This document shows, in pieces, positions 57,196 through 64,000 of a stretch of 64,000 nucleotides of DNA. The DNA is from a virus: positions 1 to 64,000 of the IMG/VR virus record IMGVR_UViG_3300017761_003320; one strand, written 5' to 3'. A program made the position numbers and the translations under genes. Every line of letters starts with the position of its first letter. The stretch's first letter is position 1. Under the pieces are notes generated by a model. The model did no database searches and was not told where the DNA came from. It worked only from the letters and a program-made list of their open reading frames with translations.

Positions 57196-57513
57196 TCATC
57201 CAGCAAAGACGTTGGTACTACCTGAGATGATAACGTTGTCGGATGTATATTCATCACCGATACGACCAAGGCCAAGACCATTGACAAACACTGTCGATGA
57301 ATAAGACGATAGGCCAGACGTATCAGTAGAACATCCAGCAGCAGGATGCACACCAACAACATCACTCTGCCGCACGACAGCAATGCTATTTACAAATACA
57401 TTAGGGCTACCAATAGCACCAGTAGTCGTTTGCATTGGAGATCCACATCCAAATCCAGAACCAGTGCGTGATAGAACATCATCAGTATTAATACGCGCTA
57501 CAGCAGGCATCAA
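57196..57513 (-). CDS. PAAR-repeat spike tip protein (gp5.4-like)
   Basis: MPAVAR, GSPNVFVN, SSTVFVNG..GRIGD, SGSTNVFAG. Confidence 0.85.
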   Translation of the reverse strand: MMPAVARINTDDVLSRTGSGFGCGSPMQTTTGAIGSPNVFVNSIAVVRQSDVVGVHPAAGCSTDTSGLSSYSSTVFVNGLGLGRIGDEYTSDNVIISGSTNVFAG

Positions 57514-58034
57514 ATCCCTCCAGCAACAACAGCCTTAAAAGCTGTAATAGATGGGTCAATCGCCCAGTATACGTATTGGTTCATCGTAATCACCTCAGCG
57601 CCAGAGTTCAACGAGAAGCTGTAGTTATTAATAGACTTATACAGCTCAGTCGGTAGATTCCATGCTGTGATTGATCTGTACGCAGGAAGACTATTCACAG
57701 ACACAGTCGTGAGTGATCCATCATTCAATAGTAACTGATAAGACTCTCCAGTCAGCACATTAGTCAATGTACCAGACACACGCACTCTGTATGCTAGTGG
57801 ATTAGTATCCATCACAGTGAACGACACAGAGGTATATCCACCAGATAACGATGACGATACAGACGTTATTGGTACATCCACAGGAGGTTCAGCACCATCA
57901 TCGAGTGCAAACGTCACATCAATAGCAAAAGCAGTGCCCTGTACAACAGAGAATAGGTAATCATCGGTGCCCGGATAAGCATCGTTGCTGATGGTAGGAA
58001 TCGTGATGCTGGTCTTGGTGATCGTTACGGCCAT
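57510..58034 (-). CDS. probable structural protein
   Basis: Beta-rich S/T/V composition; coupled to the PAAR gene. Confidence 0.5.
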   Translation of the reverse strand: MAVTITKTSITIPTISNDAYPGTDDYLFSVVQGTAFAIDVTFALDDGAEPPVDVPITSVSSSLSGGYTSVSFTVMDTNPLAYRVRVSGTLTNVLTGESYQLLLNDGSLTTVSVNSLPAYRSITAWNLPTELYKSINNYSFSLNSGAEVITMNQYVYWAIDPSITAFKAVVAGGI

Positions 58035-58338
58035 GTTTGTATATATGAATACGACAAAACACGGAAATATATTGTGTATTTTCGTGGTATGACTATATTT
58101 TGTGACGGGCTGTGTAAAATTTACTATGGATTGTGGGGAATGGAGTAAATTTTACGCCGGCTTAGGAAAGCCGGATTTAAGCCGGGTATGGGCCGTGTAT
58201 ACTTGAATAGGTATTCAGCCGTTGAGGTATAGCGCCGCGCGGTAAAACGCAAAAAAGAGAAAACCTTTGCGGTGCCTCGAGCGGCTGCCGAAAAGATTTT
58301 CTCTGTGAGTTACTATAACGCGCTGTGGAAAGAAAAGT

Positions 58339-58563
58339 TTACTCGTGCGGATCGTAGTCCGGACCATATTCTGGCTCCGCTGGCCACTCAGTATTACACC
58401 ATTCCAGTTGGTTTGCTATCTGTCGCAGTAGTTCCACAGCCTCTTCCCATGAGATACTAGCAGGATATTCTACATGCCGGCGGATCACTCGCTGTATCTC
58501 TCCCGCGAACAGATTCTGTCGGTGCTGATGAGTATAGGGATCGTTCGGAAATTCTTCGTTCAT
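58339..58563 (-). CDS. hypothetical early protein
   Basis: GGGAGA SD before MNEEFPNDP. Confidence 0.5.
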   Translation of the reverse strand: MNEEFPNDPYTHQHRQNLFAGEIQRVIRRHVEYPASISWEEAVELLRQIANQLEWCNTEWPAEPEYGPDYDPHE

Positions 58564-58886
58564 TGTGTTTCTCCCAATAATTCCCGGCCTATCTGAACGG
58601 CCCGCCATTGAAGCCATTGCTGATAATAAAAATCGCTTCCGCCGTAATGCGCCCAGGCTTCTTCTTCACTGGCAGTTATCGGTGGCGGTTCCTGCCCATC
58701 TAGCTTTACCCGATAGCCTACCTGCACGTTCCCCGTTTGAATGAATGGGCGCAACGCCTTCCGCAGCCGCGCGTTCTCGGCCTGTAGCGCGTCACGCTCG
58801 GCCAGAAGCCGCAGCACATCCTCATCGGATATGCTGCGGCCTTCATCAAGGCGCGCGCGGATGATTGTTGAGATTATGTCGCTCAT
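58560..58886 (-). CDS. hypothetical early protein
   Basis: MSDIIS..., coiled coil ERDALQAENARLRKAL. Confidence 0.55.
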   Translation of the reverse strand: MSDIISTIIRARLDEGRSISDEDVLRLLAERDALQAENARLRKALRPFIQTGNVQVGYRVKLDGQEPPPITASEEEAWAHYGGSDFYYQQWLQWRAVQIGRELLGETQ

Positions 58887-58959
58887 CTGTTTCTTCCCAT
58901 TCCTATTCCGATGATAAAGGCACAGACCCACAATAGGCCCATGGTCAAAGGATCAAACA

Positions 58960-59856
58960 TCACTGAGCCATCACGTACAGAGCGAGGCGCTTCCAGTCGC
59001 GACGGTCGGTGCTGCGAACCTTGGTCACCTGCACCAGCGTGCGCAGTGAGAGGTTGCGAACCAGCGCGAGGTTCTCTTTAATCGCAGCAAGTGCATCGGC
59101 CTTGTGCTCGTCGGGAGCCTCAGCAAGGAAGTCACCAGAGGCTACGATCTGTTCCATGCGTTCCAGCTTCTGGTCGGCCGACATGCTGAGGTCAACACAC
59201 AGTGCGCGAGTACGGATCGCCTGATCAAGCGTGCCGAGCGTGTGGTTGCTAATGAATACCACACCACCATGGAACTGGAAGGAGGACGGCAGGTCGTTGC
59301 CGCGCTGTTCAGAGTTCCAAGAGACAATGCGCTTGCTGTAAGAGTCAAGAGCAGCCTTCAACAGATTGATAGCCACAGGATCCTTCATGATGCTGTCGCA
59401 GTCGTCGAACACGATGATGCGGTCGCTGTTCTCATAAAGCGTGCGGTACAGAGCCATCGGCGTGCTGTAGCCCTTGACCATAGTAAATATCTTGGTCGGC
59501 GCAGTGTTCTCGGCTTCTGGATCGGTGGAGCACACCAGACCTAGGTCGCGCAAGGTCTTGGTCACAGTAAACGTTTTACCGATACCACCTTCGCCAGTGA
59601 TAATAGCGGACGGCGCTTTACCAGTCGCGACCATCGTGGACAATGCTTCTACAAAAGCAAAGCGGTCGGCGACGGAGAACTGCAGGCCACTGTCTTGTTC
59701 TTCTTGTTCCATCTGGACCAGACCAGAGAGGTGGGCCTTGAGAAGGCGCTTGGCGCGTGCAAGGCTCTTGGTCTGGGTGACCACCTTACCATCAGCCATG
59801 GCGACATACTTCCCGCTCTGGCGGTCGAATTTCACTGAGCTGTTAACGGTTGTCAT
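58960..59856 (-). CDS. P-loop AAA+ ATPase
   Basis: GEGGIGKT, VFDDCD, LLKAALDS, FISN, AIRTRA; own promoter and SD. Confidence 0.85.
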   Translation of the reverse strand: MTTVNSSVKFDRQSGKYVAMADGKVVTQTKSLARAKRLLKAHLSGLVQMEQEEQDSGLQFSVADRFAFVEALSTMVATGKAPSAIITGEGGIGKTFTVTKTLRDLGLVCSTDPEAENTAPTKIFTMVKGYSTPMALYRTLYENSDRIIVFDDCDSIMKDPVAINLLKAALDSYSKRIVSWNSEQRGNDLPSSFQFHGGVVFISNHTLGTLDQAIRTRALCVDLSMSADQKLERMEQIVASGDFLAEAPDEHKADALAAIKENLALVRNLSLRTLVQVTKVRSTDRRDWKRLALYVMAQ

Positions 59857-59933
59857 GTCTATCTCCTTTGTGTTGGTGGATAGTACCAGAGTTCCAGTGG
59901 GAAGTACAGGGCCGATCGGTTAAAAGTCGGCAA

Positions 59934-60227
59934 TCAATAGTGATGGCGAGAGCCGGGATCACCGAAGGCGGCGTTGTCCGGAGTCCATTCCTCCTCGACA
60001 TCCTCGAACCGCACCGGAGCCTGTTCGAACAGCGACTCGCCCCAGCGGCGCATCAGGCTTTCATGGTTAATTAATGCGGCCTCGTACAGAACCCGGACGG
60101 CAGCACGGTAGCGGCTATCGCGGCCTATCGCGGCTCGCGTCGACATCTCGCGTTCGTACAGAGCCAGTTGGTCATTGGATTCGACCATCTCGTCGACCAG
60201 AGAGTTGCAGTATTCTGAGTGTGTCAT
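59934..60227 (-). CDS. hypothetical early protein
   Basis: Promoter and GGAGA SD before MTHSEY. Confidence 0.6.
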   Translation of the reverse strand: MTHSEYCNSLVDEMVESNDQLALYEREMSTRAAIGRDSRYRAAVRVLYEAALINHESLMRRWGESLFEQAPVRFEDVEEEWTPDNAAFGDPGSRHHY

Positions 60228-60251
60228 GTCTTTCTCCATCATGTTGCGAGG

Positions 60252-60320
60252 ATTATACCAGGGTTGGGCCAGGTTGTACAGGGCCTATTTGGTTAATTTT
60301 GGTTAACTACCCGTTAACTA
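60252..60320 (-). promoter_or_regulatory. early promoter with three TTAAC half-sites
   Basis: TGTACA-17-TATAAT; upstream TTAA-N7-TTAAC then TTAA-N6-TTAAC. Confidence 0.8.
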
Positions 60321-60471
60321 CCCCGCAGGCGATGAAGAAACGGTTGGTATCAAACCGGGGGTTCATGTGGATGCAAGCCGCAGCCACGGCGACCGCAGCC
60401 GACACGCGGTGATCGAGGTTCTGGATGCACGAGATATTGAAGGCAAGGGCGTCGAAGTTCTTTTTGGTCAT
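60307..60471 (-). CDS. small early protein (54 aa)
   Basis: MTKKNF...NPRFDTNRFFIACG; promoter TGTACA-17-TATAAT at 60496-60524, GGAGA SD. Confidence 0.7.
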   Translation of the reverse strand: MTKKNFDALAFNISCIQNLDHRVSAAVAVAAACIHMNPRFDTNRFFIACGVVNG

Positions 60472-60773
60472 GTTCATCTCCATCATGTTGCGACCATTAT
60501 ACCAGGGTTATGGCTAGCTGTACAGAGGAATCTGGCTAATAATCGTGCTTTGTTGGAGGCCTCCACGTAATATTATTAGGTGGCCCCTCGAAAAAGTACA
60601 CAAAATCGCCCCAAAAAGCCCAACGATATCCGCCGGTTACAAACCCAAAACGACGGGTTTTTTGGTGGCGTAGTGGTTATCCACTAGGGCTGGTGCTTAA
60701 CCGGCCATCGTAGCCGGCTGTTGCATATTTGTCACACCCGCCGCTAGATGAACCATTTGTAATATAAAAGGCC

Positions 60774-60802
60774 TTGACAGACCCGGTAGGGCCTGGTATA
60801 AT
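60774..60802 (+). promoter_or_regulatory. early promoter
   Basis: TTGACA-17-TATAAT with CCTGG. Confidence 0.85.
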
Positions 60803-60825
60803 GAGGGTATCAAGAGGAGAGAAAG

Positions 60826-61059
60826 ATGGATCAAGTTTTTATAGTTCGCCACGGTGACCCCTACGAGCGGTACATAGTGGCGGTGGCCCGGTCTCTGGAA
60901 GAGGCCCGCCGTCTAGCCGACGAGGATGCCGAGCGCCAGGGCACGTGCCGATACGCCGAGTCGGCGTACTACGGCTACGTTGCGGTTCCGGTGGGCCAGC
61001 ACATAGACTATGAGGGCCACGAGGTCGGGCTGTGGGAAGAGGAAGATGCGGCCGCCTGA
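60826..61059 (+). CDS. hypothetical early protein
   Basis: Promoter and GAGGAG SD. Confidence 0.65.
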   Translation: MDQVFIVRHGDPYERYIVAVARSLEEARRLADEDAERQGTCRYAESAYYGYVAVPVGQHIDYEGHEVGLWEEEDAAA

Positions 61060-61060
61060 T

Positions 61061-61116
61061 AGTTAACCAGATTTAACCAAATAGGCCTTGACAAGCCGGC
61101 CACCACCTGGTATAAT
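61061..61116 (+). promoter_or_regulatory. early promoter with tandem TTAACC boxes
   Basis: AGTTAACCAGATTTAACCAAATAGGCC-TTGACA-17-TATAAT, upstream part repeated at 62971. Confidence 0.85.
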
Positions 61117-61140
61117 GGTCACATCAAGAGGAGATAGAAC

Positions 61141-61395
61141 ATGGCACGCTACGCAATCCGCGGTCTAGACCTAGCCAGCGATACAACCGAGGACCTGGAT
61201 CGGTTCCTGATGGTGGCCAAGGGCCATAGTGTGACCGTTCGGATTACTTGGGACCTCGGCCCTAACGGTTACCCGGTTGCAACCTTTTACTCTTTCAACC
61301 TCGAGGATATGACCGCGGTGCTGCTGGACTACTGTGACAACGATCACCAGGCCATGGCCGTCTATATGGACATGGTCGAACGAGTGGCGGATTAA
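61141..61395 (+). CDS. hypothetical early protein
   Basis: Promoter and SD; GPNGYP motif. Confidence 0.65.
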   Translation: MARYAIRGLDLASDTTEDLDRFLMVAKGHSVTVRITWDLGPNGYPVATFYSFNLEDMTAVLLDYCDNDHQAMAVYMDMVERVAD

Positions 61396-61400
61396 TTTAT

Positions 61401-61475
61401 AGGCGGGTAGCTCAGCGGTAGAGCATGGCCTTGATAAGGCCAGGGTCGGGAGTTCGAAACTCTCTCCGCCTACCA
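61401..61475 (+). tRNA. tRNA-Ile(GAT)
   Basis: AGGCGGG/TCCGCCT, TGGCC-TTGATAA-GGCCA, ACCA. Confidence 0.9.
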
Positions 61476-61481
61476 TTATGA

Positions 61482-61556
61482 AGGCTGGTAGCTCAGAGGA
61501 AGAGCGAGGGACTCTTAACCCCTAGGTCGGGATCTCGGAATTCCCCCAGCCTACCA
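61482..61556 (+). tRNA. tRNA-Lys(CTT), atypical T arm
   Basis: AGGCTGG/CCAGCCT, AGGGA-CTCTTAA-CCCCT, ACCA. Confidence 0.75.
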
Positions 61557-61571
61557 ATTTACAATATACTA

Positions 61572-61665
61572 TGGCGGAAGCGAGTTGCACCGACGGGTGC
61601 CATGGCTGTAGGTGAAGCCTCCGGGACACTCCTGGGAAAGTAGGTTCGAGTCCTACCTCCGCCCA
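61572..61665 (+). ncRNA. atypical tRNA-like RNA
   Basis: GGCGGA/TCCGCC closing stem, canonical T arm GTAGG-TTCGAGT-CCTAC, three additional hairpins. Confidence 0.55.
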
Positions 61666-61826
61666 CTTATTACCCCGTATTCTAGACAAGCGGGGGAGAC
61701 CTAACAAGGCCAACAGAGGGGAAACCTTGTGAATACCGGATTGCTGACCTCGTTCGCGAAAGGGCTTAACCGGTAAGGTGTACGGAATGTCGACCCACCG
61801 GACTGGGATCTATGCAGGTGGGGTAG

Positions 61827-61877
61827 TGGATCGAGCCGTTGTGCTGAGCCAGGCTCCTCAGCGGCTCGATCCATTTT
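61827..61877 (+). terminator. long hairpin terminator
   Basis: TGGATCGAGCCGTTG...CAGCGGCTCGATCCA then TTTT. Confidence 0.75.
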
Positions 61878-61903
61878 ACTTTGATTAATGATTTACGGAA
61901 AGT

Positions 61904-61959
61904 AATTAACGAGAATTAACCAAATAACCCTGTACAGACCCGGTAGGGCCTGGTATAAT
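61904..61959 (+). promoter_or_regulatory. early promoter with TTAAC boxes
   Basis: TTAACGAGAATTAACC-AAATAACCC-TGTACA-17-TATAAT. Confidence 0.8.
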
Positions 61960-61984
61960 GGTCACATCAAGAGGAGATAGAAAC

Positions 61985-62068
61985 ATGACCATTCAAGACT
62001 TTCTAGAGGCTGCTGCTGGCGGGGTTCTCTTTCTGGTGACCGCCTTCTTCCTTGCCTTCGTGTTCTGA
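61985..62068 (+). CDS. 27-aa membrane peptide
   Basis: First ORF after promoter/SD; MTIQDFLEAAAGGVLFLVTAFFLAFVF*. Confidence 0.55.
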   Translation: MTIQDFLEAAAGGVLFLVTAFFLAFVF

Positions 62069-62079
62069 GGAGACCGCAA

Positions 62080-62253
62080 ATGTTCGCACTGTTCGCAGGT
62101 CACAACCATTACCCGTCCGGTGGCTGGGACGACCTTATTGATACGTACCCCACCTTGCCAGAGGCCCAGCACGCTCGGAATGCAAGGAGCCACAAGTATG
62201 ATTGGTTCCAGATCGTAGACCTGGTCAAGGGTGAAATGGTCGAGCAATACTAA
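62080..62253 (+). CDS. small early protein
   Basis: GAGGAG SD; MFALFAG..YPSGGWDD..DWFQIVD. Confidence 0.65.
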   Translation: MFALFAGHNHYPSGGWDDLIDTYPTLPEAQHARNARSHKYDWFQIVDLVKGEMVEQY

Positions 62254-62416
62254 TGACCCACTCCCTAATCTGGTTTAGTGTGATGGGCCTTGCTACGGTG
62301 GCCTCTGTTATCTGGGCCATCGTAGACCATAACCCGTTGACCATCATCAGCATCGTATTCTGGTCGGCCGCGGCTCAAACGTGGCTGCTATCATACATTA
62401 ATGAAAGGGATTGAAC

Positions 62417-62740
62417 ATGGACAAGGTGATCCGCGACGGCGAGGTGGCCGTTCTCTATAGCCCCGACTTTGGAGCCGGCTGGTATACGTGGAATACGGAA
62501 CACCCGGCTATCCTCTATGACCCGACCGTGGTCAAGTGGGTGATGGATGGCAAGCCCTCTGGTGAGGCCCGGGTGCGCCTTGAGGCTACCCTGGATGAGA
62601 AGTACCCCCGCTGTTATCTGGGTGGTCTAAGGGACTTGCAGATCCGGTGGGTGCCTGTAGGTACTCGGTTCTACGTGGATGAATACGACGGCAATGAGAC
62701 TGTGGTATTGGATCAGGAACACGAATGGATGGTAGCATAG
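62417..62740 (+). CDS. conserved phage hypothetical protein
   Basis: VAVLYSPDFGAGWYTW...FYVDEYDGNE. Confidence 0.7.
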   Translation: MDKVIRDGEVAVLYSPDFGAGWYTWNTEHPAILYDPTVVKWVMDGKPSGEARVRLEATLDEKYPRCYLGGLRDLQIRWVPVGTRFYVDEYDGNETVVLDQEHEWMVA

Positions 62741-62813
62741 CGCCGGTTTGGTCAAGCGACCCTCCGTCCCTCATAAGGACGCGGGAGGCAGGAGCGTTAC
62801 CTGCAGCCGGCTA
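62741..62813 (+). tRNA. atypical tRNA-like RNA with CAT anticodon
   Basis: GCCGGTT/AGCCGGC, CGTCC-CTCATAA-GGACG, GCAGG-AGCGTTA-CCTGC, minimal D arm. Confidence 0.55.
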
Positions 62814-62863
62814 TACATGATTGAGTAGCGTAAAATAATTACAACCGTAGTGTTACCCCTTGC

Positions 62864-62905
62864 GCCGGCAGAAACCACCTCACTTCGTGGGTTTTGCCGG
62901 TTTTT
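62864..62905 (+). terminator. Rho-independent terminator
   Basis: CCGGCAGAAACCAC...GTGGGTTTTGCCGG then TTTTT. Confidence 0.7.
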
Positions 62906-62970
62906 CGTCGTTTACTTTCAATGCGTTGCGTACCGGCCTCTGTGACAAAATTGCAACACCCACCCCGAAT

Positions 62971-63026
62971 AGTTAACCAGATTTAACCAAATAGGCCTTG
63001 ACAGGTGCGGCCCTACCTGGTATAAT
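62971..63026 (+). promoter_or_regulatory. early promoter with tandem TTAACC boxes
   Basis: Same upstream sequence as 61061, then TTGACA-17-TATAAT. Confidence 0.85.
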
Positions 63027-63048
63027 GGTACCATCAGAAGGAGAGAAC

Positions 63049-63252
63049 ATGAACGATAAGACCCTATACCAGCAGGCCGCTGACCTGACCGAGATACTCG
63101 TAACCAAGAACGACTATCCGTATGCGGCTGGCTACCTGACGGGCTTCATCCAGATGCTGCCCATCGAGTTGAACCTCACGGAAAAGCAACGCGATGCGCT
63201 GAGCCAACTGCTGATGCGGTCGGCTCTCGGTGCCGCTGGCAAACCTGTATAA
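63049..63252 (+). CDS. hypothetical early protein
   Basis: AGGAG SD, MNDKTLY..YPYAAGYL. Confidence 0.6.
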   Translation: MNDKTLYQQAADLTEILVTKNDYPYAAGYLTGFIQMLPIELNLTEKQRDALSQLLMRSALGAAGKPV

Positions 63253-63266
63253 AGGAGACAAACACC

Positions 63267-63725
63267 ATGGGCTTAGATATGTACCTGACCGCTCGCTGCT
63301 TTGTGCCGCGGCATGAAGTTGTGACGCGCCGCAAGGCTGATGCTGTGCTGAATCTGTTTGCAGAGGTTGACATCTCAAAGGTCGACGATTACTCTGGTGT
63401 GGCTGTCGAGTTCCAGGTGGGCTACTGGCGCAAGGCGAATGCCATTCACCGCTACTTCGTGGACGAGGTGTGGGGTGGGGCTGATGAGTGTAATCAGTTT
63501 GAGGTGGATCGCCTTCACCTTGAGCGGCTCCGCGACCTATGCAAGGCCGTGCTGACGGTGCCAGAGTCGGCTGAGGATAAGCTGCCTACCCAGGACGGAT
63601 TCTTCTTCGGCAATACGGAATACGGCGAAGGCTATCGTATGGACCTGACTCGTACCATCGAGATTATCGACCAGGCTCTGGTGCTTCCTCCGGAGTGGAG
63701 TTTCTATTATCGAGGGTCATGGTGA
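63267..63725 (+). CDS. conserved phage protein (MGLDMY...YWRKANAIH family)
   Basis: MGLDMYL, YWRKANAIH, LPTQDGFFFG, YYRGSW. Confidence 0.8.
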   Translation: MGLDMYLTARCFVPRHEVVTRRKADAVLNLFAEVDISKVDDYSGVAVEFQVGYWRKANAIHRYFVDEVWGGADECNQFEVDRLHLERLRDLCKAVLTVPESAEDKLPTQDGFFFGNTEYGEGYRMDLTRTIEIIDQALVLPPEWSFYYRGSW

Positions 63726-63728
63726 GGA

Positions 63729-63974
63729 GTGAAAGACATGATTGACATTGAAAGGCAAAAGCGCCTTGAGCGCCGTCAAGAAAAACGTCGTGAAGCACGC
63801 GCGGCTCGCAGGGTGCTGACTAAGGCCATGACAGGAACAAAGCTGGCTATGGTCTACGAGTCGTGGGGTGTCGATGCTTTGACAGCTGAGGAGTTTGCAA
63901 TACAGGCTACAAAGCTGATGAGCCCTAATCAGGTGATGGCGCTGGCCCTGTTGCTGGAAAGGAAGCCTGCATGA
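63729..63974 (+). CDS. hypothetical protein
   Basis: GAGGAG SD, coupled ORF. Confidence 0.5.
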   Translation: MKDMIDIERQKRLERRQEKRREARAARRVLTKAMTGTKLAMVYESWGVDALTAEEFAIQATKLMSPNQVMALALLLERKPA

Positions 63975-64000
63975 GATGGAAATCTAAGGATAAGTTTGCA

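Noticed and set aside
59009-60570. Several plus-strand ORFs of 67-149 aa
   Set aside because: Antisense to the AAA ATPase and small genes that have clear minus-strand promoters and SDs; a GC-rich shadow effect
61171-61713. Minus-strand ORFs 61171-61476 and 61522-61713
   Set aside because: Antisense shadows of tRNAs and of a promoter-driven plus-strand gene
60250-63030. Repeated 30-60 bp sequences as a possible CRISPR array
   Set aside because: Irregular spacing with genes between copies; they are promoter copies
1-64000. Stop-codon reassignment (prompted by the release-factor domain)
   Set aside because: Core genes are full length in code 11, all three stops are used, and no suppressor tRNA was seen

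Overview
64 kb of a large T4-like (myovirus-type) dsDNA phage genome, probably infecting an alphaproteobacterium (inference from CtrA-like boxes and the CHASE2-cyclase module). It carries the T4 replication core (gp45, gp44, gp62, regA, gp43, uvsX, gp41, gp61, rnh) and nucleotide metabolism genes (thyX, nrdA, Grx-nrdB, dCMP deaminase). It also has a late block of probable capsid-packaged proteins, two glycosylation/modification clusters, about 10 tRNAs plus 2-3 atypical tRNA-like or structured RNAs, and a GC-richer early region (from about 58.2 kb) with repeated strong sigma70 promoters. Main finding: a late-promoter operon csgF-csgG-curlin-FecR-CHASE2 adenylate cyclase, i.e. an amyloid secretion channel coupled to a trans-envelope cAMP signalling module. 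Other notable items are a complete tRNA-Pro nested in-frame in a protein gene, a stand-alone GGQ release-factor domain, a 1057-aa multi-effector polyprotein, and a 7-member divergent paralog family. All calls come from motif recognition by eye; no database search was run.
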